DNA of 64,000 nucleotides from a virus (Duplodnaviria > Caudoviricetes), in the IMG/VR virus record IMGVR_UViG_3300021387_000452. One strand, 5' to 3'. The position numbers were made by a program, and so were the translations under genes. A model generated the notes under the pieces. The model had not been told where the DNA came from and made no database searches. It saw only the letters and a list, made by a program, of their open reading frames with translations. How positions within the stretch are numbered: position 1 is the first letter of the stretch; the number at the start of each line of letters is the position of its first letter. Positions 40,429 to 50,290 of the stretch are shown here, piece after piece.

Positions 40429-41481
40429 CTATATAAGTACTTCAAAATAACGGTTCAAGAATCGCTTAAAGTCATCAATTGATTTCTTAGTTGATATTGA
40501 ATATCGTTTCAAGCATGAAATAATACTATTTGTTGGAATAAATGAAAACTCATCTTTCAATTTAATAGTGAGCTTATAATTTGAATCCTGATTACTATCA
40601 GAGTCAAGCGTAAATACACCAGGGCGTCTCATTGAGATCATGTTGTAATTATAGTCTCTAATGCTATTTACTTCATCAGATAATTCATACTGCTTATTAG
40701 AATCAAATCTAGCGTTCTTCATTATTACTGTATTTGAAATATTCTCAAACCATTCATCTAATTCTTTGCTACTATTATATGCATACGGATATGAGATATC
40801 TTCAGACTTAGCTACAAAATCAACTATACCAAGATCTGTGAATACTACAAAGTGAAAATATTTATAGCTGTCTACAACATCACCCGTTAGATTCTCAGTA
40901 GCTACTTTCTTTAATGTTGGTTGATTCTCAGCTTCATCAATGACTTGTGTATCTTCAACTATGATATTATTTCTAGCTGACTCGTTTGCTGCTATAAATG
41001 ATCTACTATACGAATAATCACTATCAAGCTGACGAACATGCAGAACATAGTGTCTACTTTTAAAATAGTCGCATTCACATAGAAAATCTTTACTCATCTT
41101 AAGAGCTGCAGCATCGTTTGGAGTTTTGCTTGCCTTTGTTGACACTAACTCGAACTTACTATTTATATAATGAATGTTCTCTGTATCTCTATCACTATAT
41201 GAAAGCCATGGAAGAACGTCCTCTTCAGTAAACCCAGCTGATTCTAGATTCTTATAGTCTTGCTTAGTAAATGTCTGAATAAGGTTACTTGGATTTACTT
41301 TAACCTGACTAGAAAATCTATCTACGAGTGATTTAGCACTACTATCACTAGCTTTATCAGCTAATGCTGTAGCTACAGCTGTTGATTTATTTGACTTTGC
41401 TTTACTAGACTCAGATTGTCTAAGTTTAGATAATATGTCAGCCAACCCCTCATCGATTCTGATTCCACCTACATCTGCCAT
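40429..41481 (-). CDS. Hypothetical protein
   Basis: 350 aa ORF with GGAG RBS. Confidence 0.7.
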   Translation of the reverse strand: MADVGGIRIDEGLADILSKLRQSESSKAKSNKSTAVATALADKASDSSAKSLVDRFSSQVKVNPSNLIQTFTKQDYKNLESAGFTEEDVLPWLSYSDRDTENIHYINSKFELVSTKASKTPNDAAALKMSKDFLCECDYFKSRHYVLHVRQLDSDYSYSRSFIAANESARNNIIVEDTQVIDEAENQPTLKKVATENLTGDVVDSYKYFHFVVFTDLGIVDFVAKSEDISYPYAYNSSKELDEWFENISNTVIMKNARFDSNKQYELSDEVNSIRDYNYNMISMRRPGVFTLDSDSNQDSNYKLTIKLKDEFSFIPTNSIISCLKRYSISTKKSIDDFKRFLNRYFEVLI

Positions 41482-41493
41482 ACTAAGTATCTC

Positions 41494-41811
41494 CTAGTTA
41501 ATAATATTGAAAAAATAGCAAATCTTCTTATGAAACAGCTCTATTGTCTCATTATTTTTAATCATATCTTTTCGAACAATTCTATCATTCTTTAGAAGAT
41601 AAACCATGTATCTCCCATGTCTATCTTCTACATAAAACTGAAATACATAAGGTGATTTATAGAAGCTGAGATATAGGCTTTTATATCTTCCGCTAGTAAA
41701 GATGAGTTTTACATTTCTTTTATAGCGAGTCTTTATGATCGTTTGAATGCATCGACCTACGTCTTCTAACGATTTTATATAGTCTTTCTTATCTATCATA
41801 GCCATACTCAA
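41494..41811 (-). CDS. Hypothetical basic protein
   Basis: 105 aa ORF. Confidence 0.6.
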   Translation of the reverse strand: MSMAMIDKKDYIKSLEDVGRCIQTIIKTRYKRNVKLIFTSGRYKSLYLSFYKSPYVFQFYVEDRHGRYMVYLLKNDRIVRKDMIKNNETIELFHKKICYFFNIIN

Positions 41812-41860
41812 ATGCGGTTACTGTGTTGGGTCATACTATGTATTGATATTCAGTAGTCAC

Positions 41861-41897
41861 AAAAAAGCTCCTATATGAATTATACATATAGGAGCTT
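41861..41897 (-). terminator. Sheath-gene terminator with embedded TGTATAAT
   Basis: aagctcctatatg/catataggagctt stem with U6; tataca 41881-41886. Confidence 0.8.
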
Positions 41898-41916
41898 AGT
41901 AATTTAACTCAATCGA

Positions 41917-44424
41917 TTAAACAACGCCCTCTTCTGCAAGAGTTGTAGCTGTTGAATAGATTGTGTAGGTGAGATCGAAGATTTCTGCTGACTGGTAGAA
42001 AATGAGTGAGATGTTACCTTTAATCATACGATTTGCAATCTCTTCATCAGAGGTTGTATCGGTACCCATCTTAACATCATATTCTCTTAATGCGTTAGCA
42101 GCCTTCAAAGGCTCAAGAATATAATTGGTAACGTAGTTTTTCCAAGTGTCCCAAAGAACAACACTGTTGATTGAGAATTTCAATTTGTCAGTATATTCAT
42201 CAATGGTGCTACGAATATAAACAAGTGTACGGGCAATATGAGCAGCGTTAAGATCTGTGTAACCAGCGTTTAGAGTTTCATTTCCGAAGATCTGAATACC
42301 TCTTGTGCCAGTATCATAGATTGGATTGATTCTGCACTGAACTAGCTGATCTCGCTGAGCTTTTGTCTTTGGATTCTTTACGATTTCGCAAGTCTCAGGA
42401 AGTGTTCCGTATTGATCACCAGCAACTGGATAATGAACACCACGTTCACGATATGAAGTCATGATGTTATTTATTACTAAGTTTGCTGGAGCAGTTAGAA
42501 CTTTAACAGACTTGGCTAAGCCGCTCTCAATCTGTGTGCATTGCTGCTTGAGCCATGAATAATATATTTCAAGATAGAAGCTCTGAATTGAATAGTCAAC
42601 TGTGTTTGTAACGCCATATTCCCAGAGATCTGCGTAATCTTTCTGTGAAGTTACCCAATCACAAGCATCATCTACTTCAAATGGTGTAGTATCAGCAATG
42701 CTCTTGCAGAATGGAGTAGAAAGAATAACTGTGCAGTCCTTGCGTTCACATGCAATCTGTTTTAGATTATAATGAAGTGCTCTACGCTCTTCATGGTTTG
42801 GAGCATAAACACCATCATCTGAACCAGCTCTATCTTCATCTTCCATATCACGGGAAACTGGAGCAGTTAGATCTGCCATTAGGCAACCAACGTATTTCTT
42901 GGCTTTGTACTGCTCAAGAGCTGCGATATAGTCATTCATTGAAACTTTGAATAAAGGCTCGCTAACTGTTACAGGCTGCTCTAGCTCTACTGGATTTCTT
43001 AATGGAGCTGCCCAGTTACCGCTATCTAAACAATATTTCTCAAGTAAAGCGTTAACAATTGAATTAGCTCCACGATCTTTAACTGGACAAGCACCAGCAG
43101 TGTCTTTATCGATGAGCTCAAATCGAACTGCAGTACCAAGTGATGAGTTTAGATTGTTTACCACACTCTGATTTGTTGTAGTCTGCTCAAGTTTGATCTT
43201 TGCAGAGCCAAGAATGTTCTTGCCACCATTATTCTTAACTGCAACGTTTAGATAGTAAACATGAAGTGAATATGGCTTTGTCTGTGAAAGATAAACATCA
43301 AATGTAAGATCTTCAGCCATTGATGAGTAAGCAATCAATGAGTGAGATGCTCTTGTAACACCGTTAATGTTAAAGACTTTAAGTGCACCGCTCTCGGTTA
43401 GCTTACCGTCTAATGTGCTCTTTAGTGTCTCTTTAGTTTCATCAGCAGCTAACTCATGTGTAACTGTGATTTCCAAATAACCGCCACTGAATTTGTAGTC
43501 GATCTTCTTAGGAACTCTTGGATCTGGTGTAGCTTCGATAGTAAACGCAGTTTTAAGATCATTGAGTGCAGAATTCAATAGAATGTACTCATTCTCAAGT
43601 TTAGTAGTACTCTTCAAAGTAAATGAAACTTCTTTTTCAACTGATTCATCATACTTAATAGTAGTGCTATCTTTTGATTCAGTTACTGCTTTAACTTTAA
43701 TAGGCTCTGCGCCCCAAGTTGGGTCTACATAACCAAACGCTACTATATTGGTGAAGCCAAAATCTTCAAGAAGTGTGATCTCAAGATCAAATTTACCATT
43801 TGCTTTTGCAACGCACTTCCATGTGTATTTACCAGTAAGATCAACGCCGTCACTTGGATATGGATTACTATCTGGGCTGCTTGGTTCTACATCATCAGTG
43901 CCTGCTACAGAAAATGGCTCTGAGTAAAGTACAAGGCTACCAACACCTGGTGTAGGTGTTTCACCATAACCTCTTAACTTGTCTACAATATATTTATTGT
44001 TGACATCTTTAATTACCCATTTACGTGAACCAATTGGTTCATTTTCTAACTGGATTTCAGTTTCATTACCAGCTGTATCATCCCGACGAACTTGATCTGC
44101 TAAGAATGTGAACTCATAAATACCAGACTCACCAGAATTTACTTTAGCAACATAACAAGATGTACCGTTACCAACTACTTGCATAATGCTGTAGAGATCA
44201 ATGTACTTTTTAGGGTCGATACGAGGATCACCGAAATTAGCAATTAAGCTCTCTGTGTCACGAATAAGAATTGGGCTGTATAACTTATCAGCATTCTTCT
44301 CTAACTTTGCTATTGGTGTAATAGCAGCAAGAAGAGGTGTGAAGCTGACTATATTTGGAACGACAGATAAGTCTTTTACTCTTGACTTAAGATGCGCTGA
44401 CTCGCGTGTCTCATTTCTAATCAT
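41917..44424 (-). CDS. Tail sheath protein (T4 gp18-like)
   Basis: FGDP near N-terminus; C-terminal PVAG..YG, RDQL...RINPI.....GI.IFGNETL......L....IARTL. Confidence 0.9.
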   Translation of the reverse strand: MIRNETRESAHLKSRVKDLSVVPNIVSFTPLLAAITPIAKLEKNADKLYSPILIRDTESLIANFGDPRIDPKKYIDLYSIMQVVGNGTSCYVAKVNSGESGIYEFTFLADQVRRDDTAGNETEIQLENEPIGSRKWVIKDVNNKYIVDKLRGYGETPTPGVGSLVLYSEPFSVAGTDDVEPSSPDSNPYPSDGVDLTGKYTWKCVAKANGKFDLEITLLEDFGFTNIVAFGYVDPTWGAEPIKVKAVTESKDSTTIKYDESVEKEVSFTLKSTTKLENEYILLNSALNDLKTAFTIEATPDPRVPKKIDYKFSGGYLEITVTHELAADETKETLKSTLDGKLTESGALKVFNINGVTRASHSLIAYSSMAEDLTFDVYLSQTKPYSLHVYYLNVAVKNNGGKNILGSAKIKLEQTTTNQSVVNNLNSSLGTAVRFELIDKDTAGACPVKDRGANSIVNALLEKYCLDSGNWAAPLRNPVELEQPVTVSEPLFKVSMNDYIAALEQYKAKKYVGCLMADLTAPVSRDMEDEDRAGSDDGVYAPNHEERRALHYNLKQIACERKDCTVILSTPFCKSIADTTPFEVDDACDWVTSQKDYADLWEYGVTNTVDYSIQSFYLEIYYSWLKQQCTQIESGLAKSVKVLTAPANLVINNIMTSYRERGVHYPVAGDQYGTLPETCEIVKNPKTKAQRDQLVQCRINPIYDTGTRGIQIFGNETLNAGYTDLNAAHIARTLVYIRSTIDEYTDKLKFSINSVVLWDTWKNYVTNYILEPLKAANALREYDVKMGTDTTSDEEIANRMIKGNISLIFYQSAEIFDLTYTIYSTATTLAEEGVV

Positions 44425-44447
44425 AATCTATATATCTCCTCAATGCG

Positions 44448-44873
44448 CTAAGAATTTCTAAGAACTGTTAATAATTCAAAATACTTAAGCTTGCCTTTTT
44501 TGTAATCTCGGTAGTAAGAACTAAAATCCTTCTCAAGAGTATAGTTTCGAGTATAATCAGAAAAGATACTCTTTTCGCTGTCAGACAACTTCGACCAAAT
44601 AGCAGAAAATACATGCTGAACAGTAAATGGCACTATGTGTGAAGTTAATAAATGATGTGGTCTAAACTGTTTATTTTCAGCAAAGCAAAACAAATGCTCA
44701 TTATGTTCTTCACAGAATAGCTTAGCTGCCTTTGTATTAGTGTTATCATGAAATGGGCAGAAGCATGATGTAGTTCTATCCGGAAAACTTATACCAGCAT
44801 ATTTTAATAGATATTCAAACGTGCAAAAATAATCAATGACGTTTACTTCAAGTGCAAAATCTACATCTGCCAT
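44448..44873 (-). CDS. Stand-alone primase-type (CHC2) zinc-binding domain protein
   Basis: CFCPFHDNTNT..A......HLFCF. Confidence 0.65.
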   Translation of the reverse strand: MADVDFALEVNVIDYFCTFEYLLKYAGISFPDRTTSCFCPFHDNTNTKAAKLFCEEHNEHLFCFAENKQFRPHHLLTSHIVPFTVQHVFSAIWSKLSDSEKSIFSDYTRNYTLEKDFSSYYRDYKKGKLKYFELLTVLRNS

Positions 44874-44882
44874 GTCAATACT

Positions 44883-46073
44883 CTAATATGCAATAATAGC
44901 TGCTTTTACTGCTGGAAGATTACCATACTGTTTAATGTTTTCTGAATTTGCGCTATCATACTCAAGTACTTTAGCATTAAGTTGATCAGCAACAAACTTA
45001 CGAAGCTTAAGAAAGTTATCATACTCTGTAGAATCACCATCGCTTTTGAACTTTTTGTTAATCCAAGCGCTCAAAGCACTTTGATTTTTATCACTATTTC
45101 TACTACTGAAATCATCTTTGTCTGAATTGTTTGCAGCTTTATCATCAGCAGACTTTACAGAGCCGCCAGTTAATTTGCTCATGTCTAATACATTATAGAG
45201 AACCTTAAATACAGTTTTCTCAGATGGCTTCTTAATACGACCGTCTATAGGTGCAACAGCAATACATACGGTGTTATCCTCTGAAGAATCTTTCTCAGAA
45301 CCAGAGTCCATTGCATATCTGCATCTGCCTATAAAAGGAGCATTCATTGTAAAGTTACTATCTGTTGATACCAGCGTCTTTAGCTGAGAAACGATAAAAC
45401 ACGCAGGATTTGTATCTTTTATTGCAAGTGTTCTGGCTGCTTTAAAGTTACCTGATTTAAGAGCTGATTTAATAGCGTCAATGTTTGTAACTTTACTATC
45501 AAGTATAATAGTCCATATAGAGTAACCTTCTTTTGAAAGTGATACTTTTACATGTAGTGTAGTTTTTGCGTCATTAGTTAGCTTCTGCGCTTGATCATCT
45601 GTATTCTGCTGCTGATTATCACTTTTATTAGCTGAGCTATCAGTGTTCTGCTGAATAGGTTGCTGGACTTGGTCTTGTTGAGCAGCTTGCTGTGAAGAGC
45701 CTTGACTGTCATCTCTAGCTGGCTCATCTTCAAATACTCTGTGAAGATAACTATATGCCTCTAATATTGAGTAATTTCTAATAAAGCTATTATTATCAGA
45801 AGTAGAAGTACTGCTATCTGAACTTTGACTTGTTGAAGATGGTTGAGATGCACTGCTTTGTGACTGCTGCTGCGGCTGTTCATTCTGTGAAGTTGATTGG
45901 TCAGATTCTTGATTAGAATCATTTTCACTAGAAGTATCTACAAACTCAATCTTACAGCTCTTTGATGAAGGCCCTAATAGAAATGTATTTAATAATTGAG
46001 TCGCCTCTTTACTCTGTCTAGTATCATCATCAACTGGCTTATCAGGAAATTCGCAAACTTTTATAAAACTCAT
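44883..46073 (-). CDS. Hypothetical protein with Gln/Ser-rich low-complexity tracts
   Basis: 396 aa ORF. Confidence 0.7.
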   Translation of the reverse strand: MSFIKVCEFPDKPVDDDTRQSKEATQLLNTFLLGPSSKSCKIEFVDTSSENDSNQESDQSTSQNEQPQQQSQSSASQPSSTSQSSDSSTSTSDNNSFIRNYSILEAYSYLHRVFEDEPARDDSQGSSQQAAQQDQVQQPIQQNTDSSANKSDNQQQNTDDQAQKLTNDAKTTLHVKVSLSKEGYSIWTIILDSKVTNIDAIKSALKSGNFKAARTLAIKDTNPACFIVSQLKTLVSTDSNFTMNAPFIGRCRYAMDSGSEKDSSEDNTVCIAVAPIDGRIKKPSEKTVFKVLYNVLDMSKLTGGSVKSADDKAANNSDKDDFSSRNSDKNQSALSAWINKKFKSDGDSTEYDNFLKLRKFVADQLNAKVLEYDSANSENIKQYGNLPAVKAAIIAY

Positions 46074-46150
46074 ATCAAATCACTCCATAACTTATGACTC
46101 AATGTAAGCATGATTCTTACTAATATAATTAGATATATTATACAACAAAT

Positions 46151-46176
46151 CCCTAGCAGATGAAACTCTACTAGGG
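46151..46176 (-). terminator. Probable terminator abutting TGTATAAT
   Basis: ccctag/ctaggg stem; + strand tatacaacaaa at 46139, same layout as 3059. Confidence 0.5.
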
Positions 46177-46187
46177 TTACACGAATT

Positions 46188-47714
46188 CTACTTAGTTCTA
46201 CGCCAAAGCATATTATCCTTAAGCATCTTCTTTTCAGCGCCAAGATCGACATCAATATAATTACATTGATCATCAAGACTGTCCAAAGTACCAAGCGCTT
46301 CACTGCCAAGAAGAGTGCTTATTAACGCTTTATGACTCTTAAATAAAGATGTCTTATATGTGTCGATAGTGTCTTTCACTGATATAAAATAGATATTTTG
46401 CTGATCATATGTAGAGTCCATTCTACAAACGCGACCGAGTGTTTGAATTACTCTACCAATCGACCAATCACAGTGAAAGCAGATTATATTATTTGACCTT
46501 TGAAGATTGCGTGACTGTGATGCAGCCTGTGAGCATAGTATGATGTCTTTTAATCCAAGATTTGATTCAATCTTTGCACGATAATCTTCTTTCTCTGCGC
46601 CAGTTAGTCGATATATATTGTTAAATCCAATCTCTGACTTATGCTCTAATAACAGCTGCTCAGCTCTTTCAAGAGAATCAATATATACAAAGTATATAAG
46701 AGTTGATTCATTACGATCAATGATTTCTTTTACTGTAGACAAAAGAAGTTTCATCTTATTTGTAACAAATGACTCATCATTGTCTTTAGTGTCTATAATT
46801 CGCTGTAAGTCATGAACCCTAGCGCCAAAATCTTTTGCATCATCTACTGGACTGCCTGGCTCTCCATCTTTCTTCTTTGATTTTTTCTTCACTTTCTCAG
46901 GATGATAGAGAATGTCAAAGAATCCTTTCGCTGCCATGGTGTAAAGCTTTTCACATTCTTTATCAAGATCACATTCTAGAAAGTTAAAATTTACATTATA
47001 ATGAACACAGCCCTTTATAATAAGCTTATCAAGAACGTCATTCAGTTCTTTCATGTTTTGATAGCCAACTATTTCAGTGATTTTTCTCTGAATTACAGCG
47101 CCAAATCTGTTCTTCATTCTAATAGTTCTATCTTGTGTAATGCAATATCTTGCTCTAAACTTAAACCACGACTGAAACACTCTTGGGTACACAAAGTGAA
47201 GAACATTGAATAGACCCTCAATGTCGTTTAGCAGTGGAGTAGCTGTCATCGCAATAATCTTCTTACAATAGCATCTAATCTCCCATGCTGCACTAGCAAA
47301 CACAGACTTTGGATTCTGTAAAGAGTGAGCTTCATCTATAACAAGATGGCATGTGTTAGTACTAGCAAGAGCAACCAAATCTTCGATGTATTTATTGACA
47401 ACTGAATTCTCTACAATGATATATCTCTTATTGGAAATATCTTCATACTTAATAGTCTTCCCAGCAGTTACAAATATGTAATCATTTTCTGGAATCTCAA
47501 GTTTGGTACTCAACTCTTTCTTAAATGCAGCTCTTGCTGACTTTGGAATGAATAAGATACACTTATGATTGTTGTCTTTTAGTAGATCATCTTTTACATG
47601 ACATAATACGCAGAGCGTTTTTCCGCATCCAGGGGAGAGCGCAAGTATAGCTGCATTCATTGATCTAAGCTTTTCTATTGAGCTCTTTTGAAGCTCAGAC
47701 AGTTCAAATTTCAT
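46188..47714 (-). CDS. SNF2-family (SF2) helicase
   Basis: SPGCGKT, IDEAH, MTATPL.N, SRNLQ, QTLGRVCR. Confidence 0.9.
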   Translation of the reverse strand: MKFELSELQKSSIEKLRSMNAAILALSPGCGKTLCVLCHVKDDLLKDNNHKCILFIPKSARAAFKKELSTKLEIPENDYIFVTAGKTIKYEDISNKRYIIVENSVVNKYIEDLVALASTNTCHLVIDEAHSLQNPKSVFASAAWEIRCYCKKIIAMTATPLLNDIEGLFNVLHFVYPRVFQSWFKFRARYCITQDRTIRMKNRFGAVIQRKITEIVGYQNMKELNDVLDKLIIKGCVHYNVNFNFLECDLDKECEKLYTMAAKGFFDILYHPEKVKKKSKKKDGEPGSPVDDAKDFGARVHDLQRIIDTKDNDESFVTNKMKLLLSTVKEIIDRNESTLIYFVYIDSLERAEQLLLEHKSEIGFNNIYRLTGAEKEDYRAKIESNLGLKDIILCSQAASQSRNLQRSNNIICFHCDWSIGRVIQTLGRVCRMDSTYDQQNIYFISVKDTIDTYKTSLFKSHKALISTLLGSEALGTLDSLDDQCNYIDVDLGAEKKMLKDNMLWRRTK

Positions 47715-47736
47715 ACTTAATAATCCTATGCAAAAT

Positions 47737-47770
47737 AAAACCCAGCAATGAAATATACATCACTGCTGGG
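47737..47770 (-). terminator. Terminator hairpin with embedded TGTATA
   Basis: cccagca/tgctggg stem; tataca 47754-47759; U tract. Confidence 0.7.
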
Positions 47771-47798
47771 CTGATGCTAAATCATATGATGTGTAGTA

Positions 47799-48083
47799 TT
47801 AAAATTCTTTTCCGTTCTCTCTATCTTCAAAAATAGAGCTGAAGCGATCATTAGCTTCTTTTGAGAAAATATTTTCACATACTTTAAGTGCCATATTTAC
47901 ATCGCTATAATTAGCAATATCACTATATGCTAATGTCTTACATAGATCATTTACAATCTGTCTAATACTATCTGCTGCTCTGTATACAGCATTAGCAACT
48001 GGATCAGCTGCTTCATTCTTAGCAGACTTACGATTCATCATTCTTTCTAATCTTGCAATTCTAGCCTCTAATTTCTTATCCAT
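47799..48083 (-). CDS. Small protein with N-terminal LEARIARLE tag (putative capsid-internal protein)
   Basis: MDKKLEARIARLERMMNRKSAKNEA. Confidence 0.7.
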   Translation of the reverse strand: MDKKLEARIARLERMMNRKSAKNEAADPVANAVYRAADSIRQIVNDLCKTLAYSDIANYSDVNMALKVCENIFSKEANDRFSSIFEDRENGKEF

Positions 48084-48092
48084 ATTTGTACC

Positions 48093-48929
48093 TCACAACG
48101 CGTTTAATCTCTCTATCTTTGACTTAAGAAAATCACTTATTGTAACTTGCTCTCTGTCATAGTCGCAGGTAAGATTATCTTCAATGACATTCAACTTCAT
48201 AATGTCAAAGTTGACTTTGAATTTATCATACGCTTCAATTAGCTTATCAATCCATTTCTTCTCAGAATCTTTCAGAGACTCTTTAACACAATCTAATTGA
48301 TATACTGACGGGCAGTCTCCAGAATAATTTAAAGAATTTACTATGTGAGCAGCTAACTTTCTTGGGAACCTTGCTACTGGTGGATATAGAGTATCGCTTG
48401 CATCACCAGCGATTGCTCTAAAGATTGGCAGCTTTGCGGGCTCTATTTCAAAGAACTTATCAGCGTATTCAAACTTATAAGACTCTTCTGTAATCACGCG
48501 GTCTGTGCCATTATCTATGACAGTGTCTGGCTTCAATGACTGTAAAATATCTTTATCGCCTGAGATAATTTTCTTTCTTCCTTCTAAAGTCCTAGACAGC
48601 GTGAAGATAATCTCATCTGATTCATAACTATTATTAAAGTATATTTTTATACGATCATTGTGAATCAAATGAACAAACGATGATAGAGCCTCATAGACGC
48701 TTCTCTGACCATCTCTACATCTGTTGCCTTTGTAAGCTTCACCAAGAAGTCGTCTACCTTTCGTGTCGCGCCCATCAAGTGCTAGATGGACAGTCGCATC
48801 TTTTCTTACAAGCAATGACTCAATTTTCTTACATAAGAAATGAATCTCTGGATACTCTTCCCAAATCTTTGAGCAGCTGAAATAGCCCCTATATAAAAGC
48901 CATGACGTGTCGCATAAATAATGAATCAT
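48093..48929 (-). CDS. 5'-3' exonuclease / flap endonuclease (T4 RNase H-like)
   Basis: LCDTSWLLYR, YKGNR, YESDEII, SGDKDILQ, GDASD; start refined by AAGGA RBS. Confidence 0.88.
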   Translation of the reverse strand: MIHYLCDTSWLLYRGYFSCSKIWEEYPEIHFLCKKIESLLVRKDATVHLALDGRDTKGRRLLGEAYKGNRCRDGQRSVYEALSSFVHLIHNDRIKIYFNNSYESDEIIFTLSRTLEGRKKIISGDKDILQSLKPDTVIDNGTDRVITEESYKFEYADKFFEIEPAKLPIFRAIAGDASDTLYPPVARFPRKLAAHIVNSLNYSGDCPSVYQLDCVKESLKDSEKKWIDKLIEAYDKFKVNFDIMKLNVIEDNLTCDYDREQVTISDFLKSKIERLNAL

Positions 48930-48939
48930 GTGCATATCC

Positions 48940-49614
48940 TTAAATTTCAATAATAGCTGGCTCATAAGTAACTCTATAATCTTCATCTAATATAGACACA
49001 TTCTTAATGTTAGCAAGCTTTCCATTATTAAGAATTACAGGTGTAGTATTATGATCACCTGTATGAATGTGCCCACAAATGTTTAGTTCGATGTTTGATC
49101 TAAGAATATCATTACGAAGATCTACAGAACCAAGCTCCTTATTAAACTGTTTAACAAACCCAACGTTTCCAAATCGTGGTGGCTGATGTGTAATAAGAAC
49201 GTCAGTGTCATCATCAAACTCATATATCTGGTTATACTGATTTGAAAACGCCCACCCGTTTGGTGATTCGCTGTTTGGGTTGCCATAAAATTTCTTTCCA
49301 TCTATAATGACACTATCATGGCAAAGATAATGGACTCTATCATCTATTCTATGACGAGCAAGAATCTTATAAAGATCTTCTTTAAAGAATTTATATGTGC
49401 ATGCAAAGTCATGATTTCCTGGAATGATTATTATATGGCTTGTCTTAAGAGCTTTCATCCAAGGCACATATTTCTTATCCCACCAATTAAGTACAGACAT
49501 GCAGTCTTGCTGACAATATAAAGGAGACCAATCTCCGGCAATTATTACTACATCGCATGATTCTCTAATCTGCTCTAGATTCCCATGCTGATCTGAAAGT
49601 GCGATGATTTTCAT
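48940..49614 (-). CDS. Calcineurin-like metallophosphoesterase
   Basis: SDQHG, AGD, PGNHD, THQPP, CGHIH. Confidence 0.92.
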   Translation of the reverse strand: MKIIALSDQHGNLEQIRESCDVVIIAGDWSPLYCQQDCMSVLNWWDKKYVPWMKALKTSHIIIIPGNHDFACTYKFFKEDLYKILARHRIDDRVHYLCHDSVIIDGKKFYGNPNSESPNGWAFSNQYNQIYEFDDDTDVLITHQPPRFGNVGFVKQFNKELGSVDLRNDILRSNIELNICGHIHTGDHNTTPVILNNGKLANIKNVSILDEDYRVTYEPAIIEI

Positions 49615-49694
49615 ATAAGCTCCAAATGCAAATACAATAAAAGGGCATAGAGATAATTCTACACCCTATAGTATACACAAATACTCTTTAATAA

Positions 49695-50270
49695 TTAAAT
49701 ACCAGTATCTTCCCAATAGCGGTCAACAGAAAGCTCTAGAGTAATTGTCTGGCCATCACCAGTACCATCAAATGAAAACTCTGAACCCTGACCAAAGGAT
49801 TTTGGCCAAATTCCTTCTAAGTTCCATTTACGAATTAAGCTGCAATCTGGGGAGTACATGTAAAGAACGCCATTTGTTTTATATGCACTAACTAGACCCA
49901 TGAGCTTGTCTTTACGAGAGAAGACTCTCTCAAACCATTGCTGCATAACATTGATCTGATCTCTACCAATAGTGTCATGAACAGTAAGAGTAAGATCATC
50001 AAATGTAGGTGATTTAGCAACTTTTACGACATCATTGCCGTGACGTAATTCTAACTGCTCAGCATTAACTTTTGGAGCTGAAATTGATTTTGTTGATAGA
50101 CGAATATGTTCTGCCAAAACATCGCCCTGACCACCGCTTAAACCAAGCTTACCAAGATCAAGAACTACTTCAAAATGATTTGTACGCTGAACTTCAAAGT
50201 TGCCAGACTCACTTGCAAAGTGAGACGCATCTGTATAAAACTTACCGGCTAACTTATCTTGTGCTGCCAT
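49695..50270 (-). CDS. Tail tube protein (T4 gp19-like)
   Basis: QRTNHFEV, P.FDDLTLT..D, YK....LYMYSPD....R.W.L.G.WP. Confidence 0.88.
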   Translation of the reverse strand: MAAQDKLAGKFYTDASHFASESGNFEVQRTNHFEVVLDLGKLGLSGGQGDVLAEHIRLSTKSISAPKVNAEQLELRHGNDVVKVAKSPTFDDLTLTVHDTIGRDQINVMQQWFERVFSRKDKLMGLVSAYKTNGVLYMYSPDCSLIRKWNLEGIWPKSFGQGSEFSFDGTGDGQTITLELSVDRYWEDTGI

Positions 50271-50290
50271 ATTATATCCTCCAAACTATG

